Below are positions 39,730 to 49,587 of a stretch of DNA of 64,000 bases, piece by piece. Below the pieces are notes generated by a model that saw nothing but the letters and a program-made list of their open reading frames with translations, was not told where the DNA came from and did no database searches. A program made the position numbers and the translations under genes. The first letter of the stretch is position 1; each line of letters opens with the position of its first letter. Location of the stretch: assembly GCA_963666975.2 (NCBI GenBank), contig CAXVYR010000002.1:160001-224000 (forward strand), written 5' to 3'. Origin of the DNA: Terriglobia bacterium. GTDB lineage: Bacteria; Acidobacteriota; Terriglobia; 2-12-FULL-54-10.

Positions 39730-41178
39730 GAGGGTGTCCCATACATAGTTGAAGGTTGAACGGCGGTTCGGCCCGAATCGAATAGAATCGGGCCAAGCCT
39801 AAATCCTATAGAAGGAGAACCGCCGAATGAAGGGAAAATATCACGTTTTGGAACTGGGTTCCAAGGGAGCCGAAGAAACCATCCAGAAGTTTTGCCAAAC
39901 CAACGGACAGATGCTGTTGCCGGTGGTGGATCTGATCACGGAGGCGCGTCTGGCGGTGGATGAGGTGATTGATCGGGCCGGGCGAGGTTTGATTGAAACG
40001 ATTCTGAGCATGAGCGCAGAGCAAATCGCGGGGCCAAAGAGTCCCGGGAAGGCGAGCGGAGAGGTGCGCTGGCATGGCCGGCAATTGGGGAGGGTGAAAC
40101 TGGCCGATCGCCAGCTGCGGGTGGAGCGGCCCCGGCTGCGCCGGAAGGGCGGAGGGGAAGAAGCGGTGCCGGCCTACGAAGCACTGCGGAAAAGCGAGAA
40201 GACGGGCGAGGAGATGTTCGAGGCACTGTTGAAAGGGGTTTCGACGCGGAACTACCGCGAGGTGATCCCGGAGATGGCCAACAGCGCTGGGGTGTCGAAG
40301 TCTCAGGTGAGCCGGGAAGCGGCCGAGCAAGGAGCGCGGCGGCTGGAAGAACTGTTGGCGCGGCGCTGGGAGGAGGTCGAGATTCTGGTGATTTACCTGG
40401 ACGGAATGCGGTTCGGCTCCCACCACGTCATCAGCGCCGTGGGCGTGGACAGCGAGGGCCGCAAGCATGTGCTGGGGATTCAACTGGGCGCGACCGAAAA
40501 CGCCGCTGCGGTGAAAGACCTTCTCACCCGCCTGCGCCAGCAAGGTTTGCGCACGGATCAGCGCTATCTGTTTGTGATCGACGGCGCCAAAGCGCTCCGC
40601 GCGGGGATCGAGGAAGTATTCGGCAGCAATCAGCTGGTGCAGCGTTGCCGTACTCATAAGCTGCGCAACGTGGCTGAGCGGTTACCAAAGGGCGACAAAA
40701 TGCTGGCGAATCAGGTGCGGTCGCTGATGCGCGCCGCCTGGCGATTGCCCCAAGCCGAGGAAGGCATCGTGCGCATAAAAAAGCTCGCTGGGATGATCGA
40801 GTGCGATCATCCGGCAGCAGCCGCCAGCTTGCGCGAAGGGTTGGAGGAGACCTTTACGATCAATCGAGCCGACGTTCCTCCCAGCCTCCACCGCTGCCTG
40901 GCAACCACGAACCTCATCGAGAGCCCGCAGTCGGGCGTGCGGAAAAAGACTGGCAATGTTTGCCGCTGGCGCGACGGCGAGATGACGTTGCGCTGGGTGG
41001 CAGGAGCGTTTCTGCTGACCGAGAAGAATTTCCGGAAGATCATGGGTTATCACGATCTCTGGGCTTTGGCATCGATTCTCGGCCGAAGTCCAAACGCTGC
41101 TTCCTCTCACAAGGAGAAAGTGGCGTAATATGAACTCAACCCGCCGTCCCAACCTGCAACTGAGTTTGGGACACCTTC
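39730..41178 (+). mobile_element. IS256-family element, copy 3 (1449 bp)
   Basis: Same IRs as copy 1; 8-bp target duplication cacaaatc at 39722-39729 and 41179-41186. Confidence 0.95.
39827..41128 (+). CDS. IS256-family transposase, intact
   Basis: Protein identical to 6781-8082. Confidence 0.95.
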   Translation: MKGKYHVLELGSKGAEETIQKFCQTNGQMLLPVVDLITEARLAVDEVIDRAGRGLIETILSMSAEQIAGPKSPGKASGEVRWHGRQLGRVKLADRQLRVERPRLRRKGGGEEAVPAYEALRKSEKTGEEMFEALLKGVSTRNYREVIPEMANSAGVSKSQVSREAAEQGARRLEELLARRWEEVEILVIYLDGMRFGSHHVISAVGVDSEGRKHVLGIQLGATENAAAVKDLLTRLRQQGLRTDQRYLFVIDGAKALRAGIEEVFGSNQLVQRCRTHKLRNVAERLPKGDKMLANQVRSLMRAAWRLPQAEEGIVRIKKLAGMIECDHPAAAASLREGLEETFTINRADVPPSLHRCLATTNLIESPQSGVRKKTGNVCRWRDGEMTLRWVAGAFLLTEKNFRKIMGYHDLWALASILGRSPNAASSHKEKVA

Positions 41179-41494
41179 CACAAATCCTACTACAATAAGG
41201 AGTAATCTCTCAGCGGACTGCAGGCGTTTTTAGTAATTTACATTCGTTACCCAAATGATACAAAGACCATTCCGTATTGCGGTCAGTATCCCGATTGTTA
41301 CCCTGCGCCTCGGAGGTGTCACATGAGCAGAGAGTTTTTTACGATGGAAACGGCAGCAAGAACGTGTAGGCTATAAAGGAGCAAGCCGGCTGCGACATTC
41401 TGCGATCAAGAGCTAATTATCTGTTTAGCAAGGAGTTAAGGCGAGCCGGCCACAGCAAGAGGGGGCCGGTTTGGGCAAGAGAATGGGGTGAGTT

Positions 41495-41950
41495 ATGGTG
41501 GTGATCGTTTGCACGCTGTTGGCCGTGGGAGCCATCGGCTTTACGTTGCTGGTGCGGGAGCGCGACATACCGCCCGCACCCGTTGAGAACCCCGAATTGA
41601 AACATCTGGGGAAGCGACGGCAGGTACTCTACGAGAATTTAAAGGACCTTCAGTTCGAGTATCACCAAGGGAAACTTTCCGACGAAGATTACCAGTCGCT
41701 CAAAGGGGGATTTCTGTACGATCTAGCGGCGGTGATGGACGCCATCGAACGCTTGCAGCCTGCTCAGGGGAAGAAAGATAAAATGAACACCCCTCCTGAG
41801 TTGGCGGCGGCGGAGTTAGCGGCGAAAGATAAATCCAGACCCGAACCCGCCGCCGTCCAGAGCGCAGACCGAATCTGCCCCGCATGCTCGAAAGAAAATT
41901 CCTCTGGCAACCGCTTTTGTGGACACTGCGGAGCAGCACTCATACAATAA
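41495..41950 (+). CDS. Membrane-anchored CcmI-N-like protein with C-terminal zinc ribbon
   Basis: TM1, LKDLQFEYHQGKLSDEDY, CPAC...FCGHCG. Confidence 0.7.
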   Translation: MVVIVCTLLAVGAIGFTLLVRERDIPPAPVENPELKHLGKRRQVLYENLKDLQFEYHQGKLSDEDYQSLKGGFLYDLAAVMDAIERLQPAQGKKDKMNTPPELAAAELAAKDKSRPEPAAVQSADRICPACSKENSSGNRFCGHCGAALIQ

Positions 41951-42064
41951 ATCTTTGGATCCATGCTTGGGATTCATTCTCGGTTTTACAGGCGTCGCTA
42001 TCGCAGGCGGCTCGGCAGCGGATCGGGGAGCCAAGACGGGCGACTTTTGCTGAGGTCTTTATTT

Positions 42065-45000
42065 ATGCCAGCAAGACACCAAGGCGCGGTTCAACTAGAA
42101 AGGCAAGGCTCGGCTCTTGCTGCTTTGATTCCGGCAGTTCTGATTCTGGCCGCGCTGCTATTCTTGCCGGGGACAGGAGAAGCGGCGCAAACCTCTCCGG
42201 CCACAGTGCATGGCACGGTGCAGGATCAGGCGGGAGCTCCCGTCCCGGGCGCGACGGTGACGGTGAAAAATCTGGAGACGGGACAGAGCCGCACGGTCAG
42301 CAGCGACGCGGAGGGGCAGTTTGAAATTCTGCAGCTAGCGCCCGGCGCCTACGAGGTCCAGGCCTCGAAATCCGGCTTTAGCGCCAAAACGCAGGGGGAT
42401 TTGCAACTGGCGGCGGGCCAGTCAGCGACCCTGGACCTCGTTTTGGAACCAAGTCCTGAAGCACCCTCCGGTGCCACCGCCAACCTGATCCGTGAGGAGC
42501 AACTGATCGGGCTTCCCCTGAACGGCCGCAGTTACAGCCAACTGGCGACCCTGCAGGCCGGTGTTGCCGATCCTGTGGGCAGTTCAGCAGCCCAGGGAGG
42601 CGGCAGCGGCAGCCTAACCGTGGCCGGAGGACGGTCCTCCGCAAATAATTTCTTGCTCGACGGGACGAACGTCATGGATACCAGCAATCGCGTCCCGCTG
42701 AGCGCGGCGGGCGTGCAACTGGGTGCGGATGCGGTGTTGCAGATTCATGTTTTCAGCCCGCAATACGGGGCCGAGTACGGCCGGGGCAGCGGAGGGGTTT
42801 TGAACTCGGTCACTCGTTCCGGAACGAATGAGTTCCACGGCGCTTTTTTCGAGTACTTTCGGAACAGCAATCTGGACGCCCGCAACTTTTTTAACCCCGG
42901 CCCGGAGCCTCTTCCTTTCAAGCGCAACCAGTTCGGATTCACACTCTCTGGTCCCCTGCGGAGAGAGAAGACCTATGTTATGGGCAACTTTGAAGGAATG
43001 CGCAACCGGAAGACTGAGCCTCAAATCGACTTCTTTCCAGACGAGCAGGCGCGGCAAGGCATGATTACCGGCTCATCTGGAGAAGTATTACGAATCATTC
43101 CCGTGCACCCGAGCGTCCGACCCTACCTGAGCCTGTTTCCAATACCGAACGACCTGCGGTTGGGAGGAGGAGTGGGGCGCAACGTGGCTTCTCAATTCCT
43201 ACCTACCCATGAAAATTTTTTTACCGTTCGCCTGGATCACTCGATTTCGGAGCGGGACAGTTTCTTTGCCCGCTATACTTTTGACGACGCTACCAGCACC
43301 AGTCCCCAGCGCGTCTTTCTCTGGAGAACCGAGACCCTAAGCCGCCAGCAGTATCTGACCTTAAACGCCACTCATATTTTCAACCCCAGCCTTTTGACGT
43401 CGTTCCGCTTTGGCTACACCCGGCCAACGAATGCCGTAGATACTCTTTCCTCAATTGAGATCCCCCGGTCATTGTTCTTTGTTTCCGGCGCTCCCCAGTT
43501 CGGGCAGATCTCCATTCCAGGCCTGGATTCTTTCGGCCCTCTTTTCGTCACACCGGAAGCCAATATTATGAACAGCTTTCAATTTGCAGATGATGTGGTG
43601 GTCCAGCGGGGAGCCCACGCGCTGAAGTTCGGATTCGAGGTGCATCGTTATCGCTGGGATGTGTTCAACGGTTTCCGAAAGGGAGCTGTATGGTCTTTCA
43701 ACAGCTTGGAGAGCTTTCTCCAGGGAGGGCCGAAGGGAACCAACCTGGATGTTGCTTTGCCGGGCTCGGACAACCGAAAGGCTTTTCGCCAGACCCTGGC
43801 GGGTTTCTACGTCCAGGATGCCTATACGGTCAATTCCCGCTTCCAGCTTAACCTGGGCCTCCGGTATGAATTTGCTACGATCATCCGCGACAGGGATGGC
43901 AAAACCTCCTTCCTTCCCGACCCTGTGCACGACTCCGTGTTGCAGATTGGGCCCATACTGAATGACAACCCTTCCCTGCGCAGTCTGGCTCCTCGCCTGG
44001 GCATTAGCTGGTCTCCTCGGAGCAGCCCGAATACCGCGCTGCGGGCCGGCTTTGGCATTTACTACGATCAATTGCTCGAATATGTGGTGGACCTGCAAAA
44101 AAATTCGGCTCCTTTTTACAAAAGAGCCGTAAGGGTCAACTTTGATTCCTCCACGACTTTTCCCGATGCTGCGGCGGCAGCCGCGGGAATAACTTCCCAG
44201 GCCGAAATCCTGGATTACCGGCACATGACGACCCCCATCGTGTTGCGTTACAACTTCGCTCTCCAACAGGAGCTTGCCGGTGGATGGCTTCTCCAGGCGT
44301 CTTATGTGGGGGCCAAGGGCAACCATTTGTTTCGCGGCTACGAAGCAAACTTGTATCCTGATCCTGTTGTCCAGGCCGACGGCTCGCTCTTCTTTCCTCC
44401 GAATTCCGGTCCGATTAATCCTGCCTTCGGAGCGATTGCCATCACCAGCAGCGACGCGCAATCCTTTTATAACTCTTTGCAGCTTTCCGCCAACAGGAGC
44501 CTCAGCGAGGGAATTTCCTTGCGGGCCAGCTATACGTACAGCAAGTCCGTGGATGACGCCTCCACTTCCTTCACCGGAACCAGCGCTGGTGCTGCCCGCC
44601 AGTATCCGCTCATGCGGACTCTCGACCGGGGCCTCTCGGATTTTGACATCCGTCACCGTCTGGTGATCAACTACTTTTATACTCTCCCCGTAGGTTCCGG
44701 ACAGCGCTGGTGGAAATCCGGCATCCTTGCGCACGTTTTGGGAGGCTGGCGGCTGGGAGGAATTGTCCGGTTTCGCAGCGGGACCCCTTTCCACCCAAGC
44801 GTAAATTTCCGGACCCCGGGTTTCCTGTTTTCGGCGAACCGGCCTAATTTGCTTCCAGGCCGAAGCAACAACCCCATTCTGGGAGGCCCGGAACGATATT
44901 TCGACCCTTCCGTGTATAGCGTCCCTCCGCCGGGAACACTCGGGAATGCCGGACGTAACACCATCATTGGACCCAGCGTCTTTAATCTGGATGTTTCTCT

Positions 45001-45205
45001 CCAGAAAGAATTTCTTTTGGATGCCAAACGAAAGATTCAATTTCGGGCGGAATTCTTCAATCTGCCGAACCATCCAAATTTCGCTGTTCCCAGAAGAGGT
45101 TCCACCGATGTCTCCTCGGGGGCCGCCAGCCCCACGGCGGGCAGGATTACAAGCACTGTCACACCTCCCCGGCAGATTCAATTTGCCTTGCGGCTCTCAT
45201 TCTAG
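42065..45205 (+). CDS. TonB-dependent receptor (carboxypeptidase-regulatory N-domain, Oar-like)
   Basis: GTVQDQAGAPVPGATV, LPLNGRSY, TRSGTNEFHG, C-terminal PRQIQFALRLSF; start uncertain. Confidence 0.92.
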   Translation: MPARHQGAVQLERQGSALAALIPAVLILAALLFLPGTGEAAQTSPATVHGTVQDQAGAPVPGATVTVKNLETGQSRTVSSDAEGQFEILQLAPGAYEVQASKSGFSAKTQGDLQLAAGQSATLDLVLEPSPEAPSGATANLIREEQLIGLPLNGRSYSQLATLQAGVADPVGSSAAQGGGSGSLTVAGGRSSANNFLLDGTNVMDTSNRVPLSAAGVQLGADAVLQIHVFSPQYGAEYGRGSGGVLNSVTRSGTNEFHGAFFEYFRNSNLDARNFFNPGPEPLPFKRNQFGFTLSGPLRREKTYVMGNFEGMRNRKTEPQIDFFPDEQARQGMITGSSGEVLRIIPVHPSVRPYLSLFPIPNDLRLGGGVGRNVASQFLPTHENFFTVRLDHSISERDSFFARYTFDDATSTSPQRVFLWRTETLSRQQYLTLNATHIFNPSLLTSFRFGYTRPTNAVDTLSSIEIPRSLFFVSGAPQFGQISIPGLDSFGPLFVTPEANIMNSFQFADDVVVQRGAHALKFGFEVHRYRWDVFNGFRKGAVWSFNSLESFLQGGPKGTNLDVALPGSDNRKAFRQTLAGFYVQDAYTVNSRFQLNLGLRYEFATIIRDRDGKTSFLPDPVHDSVLQIGPILNDNPSLRSLAPRLGISWSPRSSPNTALRAGFGIYYDQLLEYVVDLQKNSAPFYKRAVRVNFDSSTTFPDAAAAAAGITSQAEILDYRHMTTPIVLRYNFALQQELAGGWLLQASYVGAKGNHLFRGYEANLYPDPVVQADGSLFFPPNSGPINPAFGAIAITSSDAQSFYNSLQLSANRSLSEGISLRASYTYSKSVDDASTSFTGTSAGAARQYPLMRTLDRGLSDFDIRHRLVINYFYTLPVGSGQRWWKSGILAHVLGGWRLGGIVRFRSGTPFHPSVNFRTPGFLFSANRPNLLPGRSNNPILGGPERYFDPSVYSVPPPGTLGNAGRNTIIGPSVFNLDVSLQKEFLLDAKRKIQFRAEFFNLPNHPNFAVPRRGSTDVSSGAASPTAGRITSTVTPPRQIQFALRLSF

Positions 45206-45218
45206 CGGGGCGCGTCTC

Positions 45219-47372
45219 TTACCCCACCTCTACCAGGCCGTAGCGGCGGTTCCAGTTTTCCCGGATGTAGTTTGTCAACCGGGCCAATTCCTGGCGCCCG
45301 CCGCGTTCGACAAAGTCGCCGGCCAGGCGGCGGGCCCACTCCAGGATTTCCCGGTCGCGAAGCAGGTTGGCTATGCGTAAGGCGGGCAGGCCGGACTGCC
45401 GTGTGCCGAGAAACTCGCCCGGCCCGCGCAGGCGCAGGTCCAGTTCGGCGATTTCAAAACCGTCGTTGCTAGCCTCCAGAGCGGCCAAGCGCTGCCGCGC
45501 CACCTCGGTTTGCTGCCGCGAGGTCAGCAACAGGCAGTGGGATTGTCTTTTCCCGCGCCCCACTCGCCCTCGCAACTGGTGCAGTTGCGCCAGCCCGAAG
45601 CGTTCGGCCTGCTCGACCACCATGACGGTGGCGTTAGGCACATCGATTCCCACTTCGATCACCGTGGTGCCGACCAGAATCTGGATTTCTCCGGATTGAA
45701 AGCCCTGCATCGTCCGCTCTTTTTCCTCTGACGGAAGGCGGCCATGCAGAAGCCCTACTTTGAATTCCGGAAAAGTTTTCTTGGACAACAATTCATACAT
45801 TCGCAGCGCCGACTTTAAGTCCACTCCACCGGCGGGCTTTTTTTTGCCGGAGGCGGGTTTCTCGGAAGGGACGGATTCTTCAATCAGCGGATAGACGATA
45901 AAAGCCTGGGCGCCGGAAGACACCTGAGAGCGCACAAACTCGTAGGCTTTTGGGGCTGCCTCGTCGGGGATTTGGCGAGTGAGCACGGGAAGGCGGCCCG
46001 CAGGCATCTCGTCGATCACCGAAACGTCCAGGTCTCCATAGATCGTCAAGGCCAGCGTGCGGGGAATCGGCGTAGCCGTCATCACTAGAGTATCCGGTGT
46101 GCGGCCCTTTTGCATCAGGCGAAGGCGTTGCATCACCCCGAAGCGGTGCTGCTCGTCGATGATGGTCAGGCCCAGCGCCGGCAACTCCACGTCCTGTTCC
46201 ACCAGGGCGTGCGTTCCGATAGCCATCTGCACCGCGCCTTCCCGCAGCAGTTTCTTCAGAACTTTTTTTTCGCGGGCGGTGGCGCTGCCGCTGAGCAGCA
46301 AGACCTGGTAACCGGAGGGGCCCAGGAGCCGGCGGAAATAAAAAAAGTGCTGAGTGGCCAGAACCTCGGTAGGAGCCATCAGCACGACCTGGCATCCGTT
46401 CTCTATGGCGATCAGGGCGGCCTGCAAGGCCACGATGGTTTTGCCGCTGCCGACGTCCCCTTGCAGCAGCCGGTGCATCGGCCGGGGCGCGCGCATGTCC
46501 GCAACGATTTCCGCCAAAGCTTTCTTTTGTGCGGCCGTGGGGTGAAACGGCAGCACCTTTTTCAGGCACTCTCGGATTCTTGGGTCGGTGCGGAACGAAA
46601 TGCCGGGCACTCCCCGGGCCCGCTCGCGCTTGAGCGCCAGCCCGATCTCCAGAAAGAAAAACTCTTCGAAGATCAGACGAAGTTGCGCGGCGCTGCGAAA
46701 CTCCCCGAACTCCGAGAGACGGCTTCCGGGGGGAGGGAAATGGATATTGCGGATCGCCTCCCAGCGGGGAATCAAGCGGTACTGCTCGGCAACCGCCAGC
46801 GGGAGGGGGTCTTCCACTCCGGAGAGCGACTCCAGGAGAAAATGGATGACCCGCCGGAAGAAACGCGAGGTGAGACGGCCGTTGCCAGCCGCCTCATAGA
46901 TGGGAACGATGCGGCCCACCTCCAGCGACTTGCCGCCGGAGCCGAGGGCTTCCGGTTCGCTTAAAATTTCATACTGCGGCTGCATCATCTGCAGGCCGCC
47001 CTCGTAAAAATCCACCTCCACCTTGCCGTGGAGCGCCAGATACTGGCCGGGTTGAATCAGGCGCTGGAGGTAGGCGGCGTTGAACCATTTGCAGTTCAGC
47101 CGGTGGGGTCCCTGGCCAACCTCGGCTTGAAAAATCTTCCATTTTTTCCGGCGCAGGCGCAGCATCCCGGCCCGCGCCACCGGGGCAATCACCGTAGCCG
47201 TCTCTCCCGGGCGCACCTCAGCCGGCCCGCGCAGGACCGTGCGGTCTTCGTACCGGAAGGGGACGTAATACAGCAGGTCTTCGGCGGTGAAGATTCCCTT
47301 GTTGTGCAGAATCTGGGCTCTTTCCGCCCCCACTCCCTTGATGAATTGAACCGGAGTAGACAGTGTGATCAT
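45219..47372 (-). CDS. recG: ATP-dependent DNA helicase RecG
   Basis: QGDVGSGKT, DEQHRFG, TATPIPRTL, QLHQLRGRVGR. Confidence 0.98.
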   Translation of the reverse strand: MITLSTPVQFIKGVGAERAQILHNKGIFTAEDLLYYVPFRYEDRTVLRGPAEVRPGETATVIAPVARAGMLRLRRKKWKIFQAEVGQGPHRLNCKWFNAAYLQRLIQPGQYLALHGKVEVDFYEGGLQMMQPQYEILSEPEALGSGGKSLEVGRIVPIYEAAGNGRLTSRFFRRVIHFLLESLSGVEDPLPLAVAEQYRLIPRWEAIRNIHFPPPGSRLSEFGEFRSAAQLRLIFEEFFFLEIGLALKRERARGVPGISFRTDPRIRECLKKVLPFHPTAAQKKALAEIVADMRAPRPMHRLLQGDVGSGKTIVALQAALIAIENGCQVVLMAPTEVLATQHFFYFRRLLGPSGYQVLLLSGSATAREKKVLKKLLREGAVQMAIGTHALVEQDVELPALGLTIIDEQHRFGVMQRLRLMQKGRTPDTLVMTATPIPRTLALTIYGDLDVSVIDEMPAGRLPVLTRQIPDEAAPKAYEFVRSQVSSGAQAFIVYPLIEESVPSEKPASGKKKPAGGVDLKSALRMYELLSKKTFPEFKVGLLHGRLPSEEKERTMQGFQSGEIQILVGTTVIEVGIDVPNATVMVVEQAERFGLAQLHQLRGRVGRGKRQSHCLLLTSRQQTEVARQRLAALEASNDGFEIAELDLRLRGPGEFLGTRQSGLPALRIANLLRDREILEWARRLAGDFVERGGRQELARLTNYIRENWNRRYGLVEVG

Positions 47373-47467
47373 CGGGTGGAATATAGCATGAGGAGAGCGG
47401 GAGAAAACCTCCCGGAAGCTTTTTTGCCTGCCAGCCGGACCAGTTTTTCCTGTGTTAAAATGCCCGC

Positions 47468-47776
47468 ATGCCGGATGTGATCTTTTCCTGTTTCAATTGT
47501 GGACGGAGCATCCAGGTGCTTGCCGGCCTGAAGGTCCTGAAGAGGGATACCTGCGCCGATTGCGACGCCGACCTGCACTGTTGCAAAAACTGCCGCTTTT
47601 TTGATCCTTCCGTGCACAACGAGTGCCGCGAGACCCAGGCAGAGTGGGTGCGATCCAAGGACAAAGCAAACTACTGCGATTACTTCGAAGCCAGCACGCG
47701 CATGGACCTCACACGAAAGTCGGGCGTCTCCTCTGACGACGTCCGCAAAAAGTGGGACTCGCTCTTTAATAAATAA
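47468..47776 (+). CDS. Small Cys-rich putative metal-binding protein
   Basis: CFNC, CADC, CCKNC, C, NYCDYF; ends WDSLF. Confidence 0.75.
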   Translation: MPDVIFSCFNCGRSIQVLAGLKVLKRDTCADCDADLHCCKNCRFFDPSVHNECRETQAEWVRSKDKANYCDYFEASTRMDLTRKSGVSSDDVRKKWDSLFNK

Positions 47777-47835
47777 CGGGCTGAAGGATAAGTTTCGAGC
47801 GGGTCGTGCTCGCCGGAGGGGCGGTTTTTCCGGGC

Positions 47836-49308
47836 CTACTCCTGTTCGCGCCGCATGGCAATCTCCACGGACCGGACGATTCGGTCTACAATCTGCGGCA
47901 GCATCTCTTCCAGCGACTTCCGGACAAGTTGTTCGATGGTTGCGGAATCCATGCTCCGGACGATGCGATCTGTAATCTGCGGCATCATCTCTTCGAGCGA
48001 TTCCCGCATGTGCTGCTCGATCACTGCCGGGTCCGCAGCCGTGGCTGCCGGTTCGGCCTCTTTCGGGGGCGGGCTGGATACAAAAACAGGGTCCAGCAGC
48101 AGAGTGTCCTCTTCGATAGCAGCTTCCACTTCCGGGATAACCGGGTGGGAGTTTACTTGCTCGGCGGAATCGGTTTTTTCTTCGGCTGGCGGGGCATCCG
48201 GCAGCGGGTTGGAAACAGGAAGCAACTCCGTTGCAACCTCTGCCGAATCGGCTGGCTCGGGCTGATCGCCAGGCAAACCGGCCGGCGTAATTTCCGTTTC
48301 CTCTGCTTTCACTTCCGCCGTCTCCCCTGTTTTTGCTAACTGCTCCCAATCCGTTGGTGGCGGTGGCTCAAACAGTTTTTCATCCTCCTCCGTCGCTGCG
48401 ACCGGCTCCGCTTTCCACACGAGATCTCCGGGCGTCTGCAACTCCGGCGAGTGGCTTTCGGGGATGAACTCCTTCTGCGATGCAGGCTCTTCCATCTCTT
48501 GCAGTTGAATAGAGCCGGAGTCGGATTCGGAGCCAGTGTCAGAGAGGGAGGCTGTCTCTACTGGGATTTCTGCTGTGGTTGGCTCCTGCTCGACAGGTGT
48601 CTCCTCGAACGCAATGGCGCTCTCGTCGACTACAGAGGGAACCGTTTCCGGCTCAATCGAAAAAGCCTCTGGAGAAGGTGCCGCTTCCAATTTCTCTTCC
48701 ATCACCGGCGTTTCCGGGGACAGGTTTGCCTCCGGGCCGGCTTCACCGCTGCTTTCCAGCAGATCGCCAAAGACACTGAGTGGTTGTGTGCCTAATTCGT
48801 CCGGAATCTCCAATTGCTCTTTGGCGGAGGTCCACATGCGTTCGACCTCCGGTGAAGACATATTTTCTTCGTAGGCTTCTTCCTCCGGGGGCTCTTCGAC
48901 GCTGGCTGGTTCCGGCGGAGCGGGGGGAGGAGGCGGCTTTTGAACCGCAGCCAGCAGTCGTTGAACCGTTTCGACAAGGGAGGAAGACTCCAGCGGCTTT
49001 GTGAGCACTGCGTCAGCACGGACTTTGCGACCCTCTACCTCATCGTAGGGCTCCATCTTGCCGATAATGAGCACCACCGGGACGTGCTGCAGGTCCGGGT
49101 CGGATTTAACTAACTGGCAAAGCTCGTACCCATTTCTGCCGGGCATGAAAACGTCAGCCAGGACCAGGTCCGGGGCAAACTGTTTCAGTATCTTCGCGGC
49201 GGCTTGCCCATTGCTGACCGTGGATACCTCAAAGCCTTCGGCGGAAAGGATTTCTTTTCCCATCCGCTGTGCAATGGAGCTGTCATCTGCCAGGAGTATT
49301 TTTCCCAA
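47836..49308 (-). CDS. Response regulator with long acidic Pro/Glu linker and duplicated C-terminal helix (RomR-like architecture)
   Basis: ILLADDS...ADVFMP...TKP receiver; ~310-aa E/P-rich linker; two ~28-aa repeats. Confidence 0.8.
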   Translation of the reverse strand: MGKILLADDSSIAQRMGKEILSAEGFEVSTVSNGQAAAKILKQFAPDLVLADVFMPGRNGYELCQLVKSDPDLQHVPVVLIIGKMEPYDEVEGRKVRADAVLTKPLESSSLVETVQRLLAAVQKPPPPPAPPEPASVEEPPEEEAYEENMSSPEVERMWTSAKEQLEIPDELGTQPLSVFGDLLESSGEAGPEANLSPETPVMEEKLEAAPSPEAFSIEPETVPSVVDESAIAFEETPVEQEPTTAEIPVETASLSDTGSESDSGSIQLQEMEEPASQKEFIPESHSPELQTPGDLVWKAEPVAATEEDEKLFEPPPPTDWEQLAKTGETAEVKAEETEITPAGLPGDQPEPADSAEVATELLPVSNPLPDAPPAEEKTDSAEQVNSHPVIPEVEAAIEEDTLLLDPVFVSSPPPKEAEPAATAADPAVIEQHMRESLEEMMPQITDRIVRSMDSATIEQLVRKSLEEMLPQIVDRIVRSVEIAMRREQE

Positions 49309-49587
49309 CCCGGATTCCTTTCCCTTGAAAGCGATACTGACTTTTTACCACCCCCGCTAGGGCGAGTCAAGCAAACTGTCCAAGTCGAGGAACGGGGGCG
49401 CGGCTGCCGAAGGCGGGAATCAACGGCCAGGCAGACATTCCTGAAAAAGATTTAAAGGGCAAGAGAGTAGGGAACTGAACGTCGCAGGGATGAAGGCGGA
49501 TTGGAAACTGCGGATCAGAGGAAATTCCCTCCGGCACGGAGAAGCGCTCTGGCCGGAAACCGGGTTCCTTTTCAGCTTCAACTTCTT

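Noticed and set aside
39452-39796. Gene interrupted by IS256 copy 3
   Set aside because: The reconstructed frame meets a stop within ~17 codons upstream with no good start; only a possible 33-aa membrane peptide (39452-39553) remains, unsupported.
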